This document shows positions 1-11,516 of a DNA stretch of 64,000 nt, piece after piece. The notes beneath the pieces were generated by a model. The model was not told where the DNA came from. It saw only the letters and a program-made list of their open reading frames with translations, and did no database searches. The translations under genes and the position numbers were made by a program. Source of the DNA: Rebecca billardiae RCC1528 (Eukaryota > Protista > Haptophyta). Location of the stretch: NCBI GenBank assembly GCA_965240325.2, contig OZ251224.1, forward strand, positions 3,596,001 to 3,660,000, given 5' to 3'. How positions within the stretch are numbered: the stretch's first letter is position 1; every line of letters starts with the position of its first letter.

Positions 1-3000
1 GGCGCGCCCGCCGCCGCGCTCGCCGAGTCCGACCTCACCTCGCTCGACGCCGACGGCCACCTGCGCATCGGCGCCGTGCGCTCGGCGCGGCAGGTGCCGA
101 GCGCGCCGGCTCGCCCCGAGCTCGTGCCCGAGATCGAGTTCCACGAGACGGCGGCGCACGCGGCGGTGCTCGCGGAGATGCTCGCGGACGACAACGCGGG
201 GCACGCGCTGCTGCTGCTGGGGGACCAGGGCGTGGGCAAGAACAAGCTGTGCGACCGGCTCCTCCAGCTCCTCCGCCGCGAGCGCGAGTACGTACAGCTG
301 CACCGAGACACGACGCTTCAGGCGCTCACGCTCGCGCCGACGCTCGAGGGCGGCGTCGTCGTGTGGCGCGACTCGCCGCTGGTGCGCGCGGCGACGCTGG
401 GGCGCACGCTGGTGGTGGACGAGGCGGACAAGGCGCCGCTCGAGGTGGTGTGCGTGCTGCGCTCGCTCATCGAGGACGGCGAGCTGCAGCTCGCCGACGG
501 CCGCTTCCTCTCGCGCGCGGCGTCGCTGGCGGGCGCGGCCGCGCCGGGCGCGGCGGGCGCAGCGGCAGCGGGCGCGGCGGCGGGCGGCGCGCCTCGCGGC
601 CAGGGCGGCGAGGGCGGCGGCGCGTCGGGCGCGCACGCGGTGCGCACCGTGCCCATCCACCCCGAGTTCCGCGTGATCGCCCTCGCCAACCGGCCGGGCC
701 ACCCCTTCCTGGGCAACGACTTTTTCCGCGAGTGTGGCGACGTGTTTGCTTCGCACGTCGTCGACAACCCTGACCCGCATGCGGAGGCGACGCTGATCGC
801 GCGCGCCGCGCCGGGCGTGCCGCACGAGCTGGCGTGGCGGATCGCGTGCCTGTTCGCCGAGCTGCGGGCGCACGTGGCGGAGGGGCTGCTCACCTACCCG
901 TACTCCACGCGCGAGGCCGTCCAGCTCGCGCGCCACCTCGAGGCGTACCCGCGGGACGGGCTCGTGGGCGCGTCCGAAAACATCTTTTGCTTCGACGAGC
1001 ACGACCCGGCGCTCGCCGCGCAGCTCGCGGCCGTGCTGCGGCACCACGGGATCCCCGTGGTCGGCGGGGGCGGGCTCGCGGGCGCGGGCGCGCGGTTCGT
1101 CGAGGCGCTCGCCGAGCGCGTGCCGCTGCCGCCGCTCGAGCCAACTGAGCTCTGGAGCCTCGGAACAGCGCCGCGCGAGGGCGGCGCCGCGCGGCGCGCG
1201 ACTCCCGCCGCCCGCGCCGAGCCGGCGGCGGCGGCTCCGCTCGAGCTGAGCGCAACCCTCGAAGACCTGACCGCCGACGTGCGCACGTTCGCGCTCGAGA
1301 ACCCGCCGCCGGTGCCGCTGGGCGAGAGTGCCGCCGAGGGCGCGCTCAGCCCGGGCCGGATGGAAATCTTCTCAGAGGAGAGGCTTCGGCTGCGGCTGCC
1401 GCGCGCGCGCGACGGCAAGCCGACTGCCATCGTCTCGGTGGCGGCGACGGCGGACGGCCGCGTGCACGCGCTGAGCGCGGACCTGTGCCTGCACTCGGTC
1501 GACCCGGCGGCGCGGGCGCGAACCGAGCTCGAGCTCGGCGGGATCTTCCTGCACGCGGCGCGCGGCGTCGGCCGCGGCGCGCGCGTGTGGCTACTGCCCC
1601 CGCGCCCGGCCGCGGCCGGCTCGGGCGGCGAGGAGGAGGAGGAGGCGGAGGCGTCGACGCCAGAGCTGGCTCTGTGGGCGCCCGCGGCAGGGCTGCTGCT
1701 CACGCTGGCGCGGCGCAACGGCGGAGCGGCGGGCGCCGAGGCGGGAGCCGACGGCGCGGCGCGCGCCGAGGCGGGGCGGCCGCCCTCGATCGGATTCGAC
1801 GTTGTGCGATCGGTGCGCGTGCCCGCCGCGCTGCGCCCGCCGCAGTCGTTCGGCCTTGGCGCGCGCGCGCTGTTCGGCGGCGGCGGCGGGCAGGCGGGCG
1901 CGGCGGGCGCGAGCGGCGCTCCGGAGTGGCGCGCCGCGGCCGGCTGCGCGCGCTGGGCGAGCTGGCTCCCGCCGTCGGCGGAGGGCGAGGGCGAGAGCCT
2001 CGTCATCACCGACGTGGCGTGCGCGCGCGCGCTCACTGTCCGCCTGCCCTCCGGCCGCGCGCCGCTGCGCGACGCTCGGCCGCTCGACCCGGCGGGCAGC
2101 GCCTGGCTGCTCGAGCACGCGTGCGGCGCGCGCGCGGTGTGCGCGGTGCGCACGCGCGGCGGCGGGGAGGCGGAGGCGCTCGCGTACGCGCTCTCGCGCT
2201 CGCCCGTCGGCGAGGGCGCGGGCTCCGCCGCGCCGCCGCTGCCGATCAGCGCAAGCGCCATCGGCGCCCCCGTGCCGCCGCCGCCGGCCGGACACGGCGG
2301 ATTCGGCGCCCGCCTGTGCCCGCCGCCCGGCACGGCCGCGCTGGCGCACGTGCTCGAAGCGTCGCGACTGCTCGCCGCCCTCGGCGTCGGCGAAGCCGCC
2401 GGCGGCGAGGGCGCGAGCGGCGGGGCGCAGCCCACGTCCGATGCCCTCCTGCTCACGGCGCGCGCGCCGAGCGCGACCCACGCCGCCGCGCGCGACGGCG
2501 CCGCGCCGGCGAGCGGCTCCGTCGGCTCGGCGCCGGGCGGCGGAGGCGGCGCAGACTATGCGCCGGGCGGCGGAGGCGGCGCCGAGCACGGCATCGCGCC
2601 GTCGCCCTGGCGACCCGCCGCCGCCGCCGCCGACGCGGCGCACGCGCCACCGCCTCAGCTGGGCGAGCTACTGACTTACTTGCCAGCCCAGGACCAGCTC
2701 GTCTTTGGCTGCGCGCGCGGCGGCCCCTCGCTGCACCTCGTCGCGCTGGGCGCCCTCGACGTGTGCGCGCTCGACGCGCGCGGCGCCGCCTCGGCCGCGG
2801 GCGCGGGCGCGGCGGCGGGCGCGGCCGGCGGCGGCGGCGTCGCGGAAGTGCCCTTGGACGACGCGGCGAGGGGTCTGCGCGCGGTCGCGGCGGCGGCGCT
2901 GCCCTCGCGCGCCGCGCACGCCGACGGCCCACCCAGCGGCGCAGAGGACGGCTTCGTCAGCGCGCATGCCGACGGAACGCTGATCCTTTGGGAGACGGCG

Positions 3001-4513
3001 CGCGCGCGCGTGCGGCAGTCGCTCCGCGAGTGGCGACTGGTGGTGGGGCGACCGGAGGGCGGCGGCGGCGCGGGCGGGCAGGCTGCGGGCGGCGCGTCCG
3101 CCGCGGAGCTCGCGCGAGCAGCGGCGATCCGTGCGCACGCCAACGCCGCGCCGACCAGCGCGCCCAAGCACGGGCAGCTCGACCCGAGCGGCGCGCCGCA
3201 TGTCGGGGGCAACACCTGGGCCGGCGGGACGGGCGGGCGGGACACGGCCGGCCTCGGCGGCCGAGGCGGCCCGTACCGGCTCGACGGCGGTCACGACATT
3301 TTTCAGCTGCCGGATGAGCTGAAGTCACAGGTCTCGGCAGAGGCGCTCGCCGCCGCGCGCGAGATGGCGGCCGCCGCGCACGCCGAGCGCCTCGCCGAGA
3401 TCTCCATGAGCCCGTTCGAGGCCGCCGAGTACGGCCGCGTGCTCGGGCCGGTCAGCCGGGAGGTCAGGCAGCTGCGCGCGGTGCTGGAGGGGCATGAGGC
3501 GCGCGAGCGCGAGCGCGTGTGGCTGACAGGGCAGTCGCAAGGCGAGCTGGACGACGCACGCATCGTCGACGGGCTCACCGGCTTGGAGCATGTCTACCGC
3601 CAGCGCGCCGACGCGCCGCCCGACCACGGCGGCGCGCCACAGCTCAAGCCCAAGGTGCGCGCGCGTGCGGGCGCGCGCCGCGTGACGGCGCGGGCGCCGC
3701 CTGCGCCACGGCGCGGCGCGGCGCGGCGCGGATGGCTGTTGGCCGTGCGTCTGCTGCTGCGCGTGCGCGACACGCGCCTCCGGGTGGCATGCCCGCGGTC
3801 CTCGCCCCCGACCCACGCTCCCACCGCGCCCCGTGACCCGCCACATCGCTCCTGGCCCGCGCGCGCGCACGCGGCGCACGCACGCACACCCGACCCGCGC
3901 GCGCGCACGCGCCCGTCAGGTCCTGCGCTTTGTCCTCGACCTGAGCGGCAGCATGTACTACTTTAACCGGTTCGACGGCCGGCTCGACCGGCAGCAGCAG
4001 ACGGCGGCCATGCTGATGGAGGCGTTCGCCGGGTACGAGCACAAGTACACGTACGCGCTGGTCGGGCACTCGGGCGACGGGCCGTGCACGCCTCTCGTCG
4101 AGTACGGCGCGCCGCCGCCGGACGCAAAGGCGCGTCTGCAGGTGCTGCAGCGCATGGCGGCGCACACGCAGTACTGTCAGTCGGGCGACACGACGCTCGA
4201 GGCGGCGCGCGCCGCCGTCGCGGAGGTCGCGGCGCACGACGCGGACGAGCGCTTCGTCTTCGTCCTCTCGGACGCCAACCTCGCGCGCTACGGCATCGAG
4301 CCCGCCGAGCTGCGCGACGCTCTGCTCAGCTCGCCCGCCAGCGCGAGCGTCGAGGCGCACGCGCTCTTCCTCTCGTCCGTGCGCGACGAGGCGGAGCAGA
4401 TCCGCCGCGCGCTGCCCGCGGGGCGCGGGCACATCTGCCTGCAGCCGCGGGACGTGCCGCGCACCTTCAAGGAGATCCTGCACGCGCGCGCGGTCGGAGG
4501 GGGGCGCGGTTGA
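1..4513 (+). CDS. VWA8: von Willebrand factor A domain-containing protein 8 (AAA+ ATPase plus C-terminal VWA), 5'-truncated by the window; exons <1-3654 and 3920-4513
   Basis: Walker A GDQGVGKNK and Walker B LVVDEADKAP; VWA8-typical HPEFRVIALANRPG, YPYSTRE and PKHG..PHVGGNTWAGGTGGRDTAGLGG. A GT..AG intron at 3655-3919 joins KPK to VLRFVLDLSGSMY (MIDAS DxSxS). Confidence 0.93.
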
Positions 4514-4649
4514 GTCACTACAGACAGGGGGCGCGGTTGAGCGCGCCGCATGGGGGCGCTAATATCAATCGATCTCTGCTGCGCTGGTCCCGATGACGCG
4601 CTGCCGACTCCGACGACGGCTTGCGCATTGGCATGTCGCGTCATCTGAC

Positions 4650-4695
4650 ATGATGATGATGATGATCATCATCATCATATATATATATATATATA
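4650..4695. repeat. compound microsatellite (ATG)n(ATC)n(AT)n
   Basis: atgatgatgatgatgatcatcatcatcatatatatatat seen directly between convergent genes. Confidence 0.9.
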
Positions 4696-4795
4696 CGCAC
4701 GTAGATGATGATGCATGCGCACGACTACTGCTATATAGTAGTTGCCACGGTGCCCATGCGCTCAGCACACGTACTCAGCGTCATGACAGTCACAC

Positions 4796-6627
4796 TCACA
4801 GCAAGTGACGAGCAGACACGATGGCGGCCAGCTCACGCGACGGACGACTAGCCTGCGGCAGAGGTTCAGCAGTAGGTGCATCCGCATCGTACAGGAGGGA
4901 CACGTTCCACCTATCGCTCGCGGGCGGGCGCCCCGCGCCACCCGCTCGGCCCGCCGCCGCGCGAGGAGCCATGCTCGGGCCGCCGCACAGCTTGAGCGGT
5001 TCGCTCCGCCCGCCTTCGGTCGTCACGACAAACTGCGGCGGCGCGTGCGCCACGCGCGCCTCAGCCGGCGCGCACGTCCTGCGCGCGGACGCCCACGCGA
5101 GGCTGCGCGCACACATGTGCGAGAGCCTCTGCGCGTTGTACGCGGCGACGCCGTTGGGCTCCAGCGGCGCGCAACGCCCGGGGCAGAGCGGGCACCGCTG
5201 CCTGAGCACGACGCCCGGAGGGTCCGCGGCGAAGCGCACCGTGCACGTGCGCGCGTCGAAGCGCGCGGCGCCCGCGCTGAAGGCCGCTTCGTAGGTGCTG
5301 GCGAACGCCCACGGGATGTGCACGAAGGTGTCGGCGCAGTACGAGAGCACGTTGGGCGTGGTCCCCGGGCCGACGGAGCTCAGGTGCACGGAGTGCCGCA
5401 CGGGCTGCACCGCGCGCGCGCCCCGAGCCGGCGGTGCCGCGCCGAGCTTGAGCCGCGCGAGCAGAGCCTCCAGAGGGTTGAGGTCGAGGCCCAGCACCTC
5501 CGCGGGCTCGCCGTGGGTGAGGGTGATGCGCTGGCGGGCGGGGAGGCGTCGGCACCGCAGCGCCGCGCGGCGTGGGAGGCAGTCCGTGCGGGGCGGTCCG
5601 ATCCGCGCACGCGAAGCGCCGCGGCGCGCGCGCGCTCGCTCGCGGGTCGTGCGCGCGCGCGCACCATGTTTGGGTCGACAAAGAAGACCCGGCCGGAACG
5701 GTCGACGCGGAAGTCGACCTGCAGGCACCCAGTGTAGCCGAGCGCGGCGACCGCCGCCGCGACCTGCCGGGTCGCGGCGGGCAGGTTGGTCGTGCGCAGC
5801 AGCACCGCCGCGCCGACCTCCCCCATGCTCACCACGTCGAGGTATGAGAAGCCCGAGAGCAGCTGCCCGTCGAGCGCGCTGCCTGCAAACTCGGCGTGCG
5901 TCCCGTCGATGAGCTGCTCGAGCAGGACGCCCTCGCCGCGCTCGGCGGCCTGCTTCAGGGCGCTCGTGAGGGCGTCGCGCGAGCGGCAGAGCTGCACGCC
6001 CTTGCCGTTCCCGTCCGAGTTGGTCTTCACCACGAGCGGCAGCCGGCGCTCGAGCGCGCGCAGCCGGTCCTTGGAAGCGGCCGTGCCGCGCAGCAGCCCC
6101 TGCGGGTCGCTCAGCTGCTGGTGCCAGGGGGCCTCCACGCCGTCGACGCCTGAGAGCTCGGCCATAAGCTTGAGCTTGTCGTTGACACGATCCCAGTGCT
6201 CGCGGCGGCGAGGCAGCGAGCAGCGGAGGATGTCGAGTGCCGCCTGCTTGGCCGGCGCAAGAGGCGCGCTGGCCCGCTCGAGCTTGCGCACGGCGCTGAT
6301 CATGAGCTTGGACGACGTCCGGAAGTCGGGGATGACGAGTGCGGGCCGCCAGCTCGACACAGCCCCGATGAGGGCGTCGACCTTGTCGTCGCGCTTCCAC
6401 ACACTCCGACTGAACCGAATGAGCGGCGGAGACCCGGAGTGCCAAGCGCGAGTGCTGTTGTTCGGTGGGCGCTGCAGGACGCCGACCTCCCAGCCCGCAT
6501 CGTGGAGCCCCGACATGAACAGCGGCGCGAATTTGGTCGCCGCCAGGCCGATGAGCAGCACGCGCGAGCCACCTGCAAGCCGGGTGCCATGGCACGCGTC
6601 CGCGCTGCTGCCGTCGCCGACGGCCAT
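4796..6627 (-). CDS. ATP-grasp domain protein; exons 6627-5665 and 5530-4796
   Basis: LPLVVKTNSDGNGKGVQL, LLEQLIDG and GYTGCLQVDF..FFVDPNM. An intron at 5531-5664 (GTGCGC..CAG) restores DPNM-R, the equivalent of the ExNxR motif. Start codon uncertain. Confidence 0.75.
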
Positions 6628-7164
6628 CGCGGTGCCGGTCGGGGTGGCCGGCTTGTCGACGCTTCTCCACGGCCGTCGTCCGATGTCTTTTTGATGTACT
6701 TGTGTCCTTTGTTGAATAATAGCGCGGCGAATAAGGCTCGTACTGGTACAGTGTTGATGCTGTACGCCCAAATGCGACTCCGCCACTGCCGGTGCCTCCG
6801 CCACAATCCTGATTCATCGTGATTCCATTCAAAACCAGCACCCGGCCTCGGCGGGCCGGCCGACAGGCGGCAGCCAAGTCCCGCACTCGTACGCGTGACG
6901 ACGGACGGACGCAAGCGACATAACGCCGCAGCCGCCAGTCCACTCTGCGCTCAGCGCTCCGACAGTGAGCGTCTGAAAGCACGTGAAGCCGAGTCGTGCA
7001 AGGCGCGGCCAGGCCGTCCCGGTGAATCGTGACGGCGGCGGCCTGGTGTGTGTGTGTGCGTGCGTGCGTGCGTGACATGGCACGGCACGCAGCACCGCAC
7101 GGCGTCCACCGGCCACACCAGCCCGATACCCCGCGCCACGCTGTCCGGCGACAGGCTGCGCCCG

Positions 7165-7977
7165 CTACTCAGGACCCGCGTCGTCGCCGTGCCCGTGGCT
7201 CATCTGCCGCCGCACGTGTGCCAGCAGGTCCAGCGCCTCGCCCACGCGCCGATCGCCGTCGCCGTACAGCTGGCGGTCGATCGCGAGGGCCTCCTCGTAC
7301 TCGCGCGCGGCGCCGGTCGCGTCGCCAGCCACGAGGAGGGTGAGGCCGAGGTTGCGGTGCGCGGCCGCCGTCGTCGTGTGCCGCAGGCCGAGCGTGCGCA
7401 GACGCGAGAGCAGCGCGGCGGCGGCGAGCTCGACCGCCAGGCTCGGCCGCGTGGGCGTGCACGAGGGCAGCAGCGCGGTGCACACGTCAGCCAGCTCGGC
7501 CGACGGCTCCCCGAACGCTTGCCGAGCCAGCGCACGCGCGCGGCACGCGCAGCGCTCGACAGAGTCGCCGTCCCCGCCCGCAGCGTGGAAGCGTGCAAGC
7601 GCCACGAGCAGCTCGAGGGCTGGCACCACCTGCCCGCGGCTGGCGTCGGCGGGCGCGATGTGGCGCGCGGCCTGCACAGCGTGGTGCCTCGCACGCTCTC
7701 GCTCGCCGCGCAGCGCGCATGTGCACGCGAGCGCGAAGAGGTCGAGCTCCGGGCCATTCGACGTCCGCTTGGCCATGTGCAGACTGTTGTGCGCGAGGGA
7801 TGCGGCGCGCTCGAGCATGGGCGACTGCTCGTCGCACAGGCACGCGAGGCATGCCCGTCGGAGCTGCGGCAGCATCGGCGGGACACCACCGGGGGTGCTC
7901 GAGCCAGCGTGGGCGCCGCCTGTCGATCTCGCGTACGACGAGTGTCGGCTGCCCCACACGGGGTACTGCGGCGCCAT
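7165..7977 (-). CDS. tetratricopeptide-repeat protein (kinesin-light-chain-type TPRs)
   Basis: AAAHRNLGLTLLVAGDATGAAREYEEALAIDRQLYG..VGEALDLLA TPR pattern. Confidence 0.7.
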   Translation of the reverse strand: MAPQYPVWGSRHSSYARSTGGAHAGSSTPGGVPPMLPQLRRACLACLCDEQSPMLERAASLAHNSLHMAKRTSNGPELDLFALACTCALRGERERARHHAVQAARHIAPADASRGQVVPALELLVALARFHAAGGDGDSVERCACRARALARQAFGEPSAELADVCTALLPSCTPTRPSLAVELAAAALLSRLRTLGLRHTTTAAAHRNLGLTLLVAGDATGAAREYEEALAIDRQLYGDGDRRVGEALDLLAHVRRQMSHGHGDDAGPE

Positions 7978-8087
7978 GACGAAAGGAGTCAACCTCGCGG
8001 TCGGGATGAAGATCTGTTTCGAGTTACGACTTCCGGTGCGCGGCCATCGTGATTCGTGAGGGAATCTACTGTAGCGCCCTCGACGCC

Positions 8088-9572
8088 ATGGGCTCGCGGC
8101 GCATGAAAGGCACGCGGCCGATCCCGCAGACCGAGGCGGGGTACTCGCAGCTGCACTGGAGCCGGCTGATCTCCAAGGAGGACGACCTCACGGAGGGCGT
8201 CGGCGTCGCCGACCCGGATGACGCCGACTGCCCAACGTGGACGATGGCCGAGGTGCGCCGGCACAATACGCGCGACGACGCGTGGATGGTGCTGCGCGGG
8301 CGCGTGTTCAACGTGACTCGATACCTACGGTACCACCCGGGCAGCGTCGAGGAGATCATGCGCGCCGCGGGCGACGACGCCACGGTCCTGTACGACGAGA
8401 TCCATCCGTGGGTGAGTGCGGACATCCTGGAGCCATGCTGCGTGGGCAAGCTCGCCAAGGGCGGGGCCAAGGGCAGGGGCGGGGCGAGCAGCGCGGGGGG
8501 CAAGGTCGGCGCGGCTGGCGGGAGCGGCGCGACCGCGCCACGCGCAGGCCTGTGCTGCTGGGCCGGCGCCAGCCAGAGCGCCACCGAAGGCGACGCGCCG
8601 CTCGCGCCGCCCGCCTCGACTCCGATCGAGCGGCTGCCGGGCGCGCTCGACGAGGACTCGTTCTGCCGCCTCAAGCTGGTGTCGCGCCAGGCCGTCGCGC
8701 GCGACTCTGCGCTCCTGCGCTTTGCGCTGCCGACGGCTGAGAGCGCCCTCGGTGTGCTGGTGGGCGAGCACGTGCAGCTGAGCCGCACCGGCCAGCCCAA
8801 GCACCCGACGCGCGCGTTCACGCCCGTGGGTGTGGTGCATGCCACCGGCGCGCTCGAGCTGCTCGTGCGCCGCGTCGGCGACGGCTCGGGCTTCTCTGGC
8901 TGGCTGTGCGCGCTGCAGCCCGGCGACTTCGCCTTCGTCCGGGGCCCGCGCGGCGCCGGCGTGTACGGAGCGTGGGGCGCGGCGGCCGTGCGGCTGCCGG
9001 GCATGCGGCGCGCGCGGCGCTCCGATGCTCCGCTGCGCGTGGCGCGTGTGCTGCTTGTCACCGCCGGGAGCGGCATCGCGCCCGCCCTGGCGATGCTCCG
9101 CACGCTGGAGGCCGCGGGGAGCGACGGCGCGCTCAGCGTGACGCACATCCACGCCAGCCCGAGCGCGCTGCACGTGGGCGGTCTCGCTGAGCTGCTGCGG
9201 CTCAGCGGCGCGCTCGGGCACAGCCTGCGCCTGCGGTTGGCGCTCTCCACTGCGGAGCTCGCGCCGATCGCCGCGGGTGGCGGCGGGTCCAAAGGCCCCG
9301 ACATCCTCGCCGAGGGTGCCGAGGTGGACGCGATCACGGCCGCCGCGCGCCAGCTCCTCGCACACCGCTCGGACGGCCACGCGGGCGCAAGCGGCGGCGC
9401 GGACGTGCAGGTGCGCGTCGAGCGCCTCTCCGAGGGGCTCTTCGAGCAGTGGGCGCCCGCGCCCGGCCCCGACGTGTGCGTGCTGTGCTGCGGCCCTCCC
9501 GGGTTCAACCGCGACGTCGCCGCGTGGGCGGCTGCTGCCGGCTTCGAGGAAGGAAGCGTGCATCTCTTCTGA
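8088..9572 (+). CDS. cytochrome b5 / NADH-cytochrome b5 reductase fusion (CYB5R4-like)
   Basis: b5 domain EVRRHNTRDDAWMVLRGRVFNVTRYLRYHPGS...IHPW; FAD motif RAFTP; NAD motifs AGSGIAP and CGPPGF. Confidence 0.88.
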   Translation: MGSRRMKGTRPIPQTEAGYSQLHWSRLISKEDDLTEGVGVADPDDADCPTWTMAEVRRHNTRDDAWMVLRGRVFNVTRYLRYHPGSVEEIMRAAGDDATVLYDEIHPWVSADILEPCCVGKLAKGGAKGRGGASSAGGKVGAAGGSGATAPRAGLCCWAGASQSATEGDAPLAPPASTPIERLPGALDEDSFCRLKLVSRQAVARDSALLRFALPTAESALGVLVGEHVQLSRTGQPKHPTRAFTPVGVVHATGALELLVRRVGDGSGFSGWLCALQPGDFAFVRGPRGAGVYGAWGAAAVRLPGMRRARRSDAPLRVARVLLVTAGSGIAPALAMLRTLEAAGSDGALSVTHIHASPSALHVGGLAELLRLSGALGHSLRLRLALSTAELAPIAAGGGGSKGPDILAEGAEVDAITAAARQLLAHRSDGHAGASGGADVQVRVERLSEGLFEQWAPAPGPDVCVLCCGPPGFNRDVAAWAAAAGFEEGSVHLF

Positions 9573-9778
9573 TGCGGGTGCGCGCACCGGTGCGCCGCCG
9601 GCGCACCGACGGTGCACGCACCGAGCTGTCTGTCGATCTCGTCGCTCGTCGCTCGGCAGATTAAAATCCATGCTGTGAGAAAAGAATTCCGATAAATTCG
9701 ACCCGCCAACCGCCACTTTCGCAGTCGCTGGCGAGCGCGGTGCGCGTCCGCACTCGCTGAGAGGAGGCAACGCCCGCG

Positions 9779-11254
9779 ATGAACGCGCTCTCCACCGAGC
9801 TGCTCGAGCGCATCGTACTCTTCCTCACGGACGTGGACGACGTCGCGTCACTCAGCGCCACCTCACGTCTCTTCCGCGGCGCACCGTCCGTGCCCTCGCC
9901 GATTGAAGGCGCGCTGCGAGTGCGCATGCGCGCTCGGGGACACGAGCGAGCGGCCGTGTCAGCCCTTCGCGGTGCACAGAGGCCGACTTGCACTCTGATC
10001 GGAATCGAGCGCGTGTGGCGTGGCGCTCGAGCGCACCAGTGCGTTCTCGCCGCGGGTGAATACACAAGCGCGTTTGTTGACGCGTCTGGCGAGCTGTACA
10101 CGTGTGGCGGGGAGGAAGAGGAGGGCGGCACGGAAGAGCCGGAGGAGTGGGAGGAGATGGTAATGGCTCACCCCGCCCTCGGGCACGGTGCATACGCGGA
10201 CGACCCAGCCGAGTACACGCCCCGTCGAGTCGCCGCCCTCACAGGCGTGCGCATCACCGCCGTCTCCGCGTTGTATGACCACATGCTCGCGCTGAGCGAT
10301 GCAGGTGCCGTCTACGCGTGCGGCCGCGACATGTTTGGTTCAGGCGCGCTCGGGCTGGGGCGCTTAGACGAGGCGATGCGCACGCCGGTGCGCATCACCG
10401 CCCTCGCCGACGAGCATGTCGTGTGCGTCGCTGCGGGCGAACGTCACAGCCTCGCGCTTACCGCCGCCGGCCGCGTGTACAGCTGGGGCTGGGGCAGCTT
10501 TGGAGCGCTGGGCCACGGCGACGAGAAGGACCAGCTGACGCCCAAACGGGTTGAGGCTCTCAAGCGTACGCCCATCGCCGGCATCGCAGCTGGTAGCACG
10601 CACAGCCTGGTGCTCTCGATAGCGGGCGACGTGTACTCCTTCGGTCAAGCTGGTGGTACTTTTCTCGGCCACGGCGACACCGGGGCGCATTGGATGCCCA
10701 AGCGCATCGAGGCGCTCGCGGCCGTGCGCGCCGTGCACGTGAGCGCGGGCGAATTCTACAGCCTTGTGGTGGACGCCGCAGGCGGCGTGCACTCGTTTGG
10801 ATTCGGCGGCACCGGGGCGCTTGGCCACAACGACGTGCTGGACCAGCCCACGCCCAAGCGCATCTCCGTGCAGGACGGCGTGCGCATCGTGCGCGCATTC
10901 GCCGGCCCTGGTGTGAGCCTGCTGTTGGATGCAGACGGCGGTGTGCACACGTGCGGCCGTGGTGTCACAGGGGTCCTCGGACTGGGCGACACAACCAGCA
11001 CGCGGGTGCCCACGCACGTGGCGGCACTGTCAGGGGAGCGCGTCGTCAGCGCCGCTCTGAACCACTCGCTGCATACCTACGGCACGTCGTCGCGCGCGCT
11101 GGTGGTGACTGCGGACGGGCACGCCTACGCGTGGGGCGCCATATCGGCCGCGCTCGGGCTCGGAGAGGACGCGCTCCATGACGGGGTCGCTCCCCCGGCG
11201 AATGGCGAGACCCGGTACGTGAGCGTGCCGCGGCGGGTGCACTATACTTTCTGA
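9779..11254 (+). CDS. F-box-like plus RCC1-repeat protein
   Basis: N-terminal LSTELLERIVLFL..VASLSATSR (F-box-like); about 6 RCC1 repeats, e.g. VAAGERHSLALTAAGRVYSWGWGSFGALGHG. Confidence 0.88.
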   Translation: MNALSTELLERIVLFLTDVDDVASLSATSRLFRGAPSVPSPIEGALRVRMRARGHERAAVSALRGAQRPTCTLIGIERVWRGARAHQCVLAAGEYTSAFVDASGELYTCGGEEEEGGTEEPEEWEEMVMAHPALGHGAYADDPAEYTPRRVAALTGVRITAVSALYDHMLALSDAGAVYACGRDMFGSGALGLGRLDEAMRTPVRITALADEHVVCVAAGERHSLALTAAGRVYSWGWGSFGALGHGDEKDQLTPKRVEALKRTPIAGIAAGSTHSLVLSIAGDVYSFGQAGGTFLGHGDTGAHWMPKRIEALAAVRAVHVSAGEFYSLVVDAAGGVHSFGFGGTGALGHNDVLDQPTPKRISVQDGVRIVRAFAGPGVSLLLDADGGVHTCGRGVTGVLGLGDTTSTRVPTHVAALSGERVVSAALNHSLHTYGTSSRALVVTADGHAYAWGAISAALGLGEDALHDGVAPPANGETRYVSVPRRVHYTF

Positions 11255-11341
11255 GGGCATGCCGCTGTCAAGGAATGGCGGTGGCTCGGCCGGCGGCAGC
11301 GGCGGCTCTGCCGGCAAATACGCTGGCTAACCGCCGTGACC

Positions 11342-11516
11342 CATTCTATGATTTAACGACACAGGTACAGTTTACTAAGAATAAGAGACGCACACAGCTC
11401 AGGCAGGCGAGATACAGTAGGACGGCGCAGGCCTCCTGATTCGTCGTCAGCATCAGTGCGCGCCCGATTGGCATCGCGATAAGTCGGCAGTTGGTTGGTG
11501 GGCAGAGCATAGCCTG
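11342..11516. repeat. dispersed MITE-like repeat, copy 1 (with a 52-bp insertion)
   Basis: Aligns to 18220-18327; imperfect inverted ends CATTCTATG / CATAGCCTG. Confidence 0.75.

Noticed and set aside
249-3317. Long alternative-frame and antisense ORFs overlapping real genes (here and throughout the window)
   Set aside because: Arg/Ala/Pro-rich shadow frames expected from the scarcity of stop codons at very high GC
3781-3848. H/ACA-like hairpin followed by ACA in the VWA8 intron
   Set aside because: The spacing fits, but there is no box H, GC-rich hairpins arise easily by chance, and I could not match the pocket to an rRNA uridine
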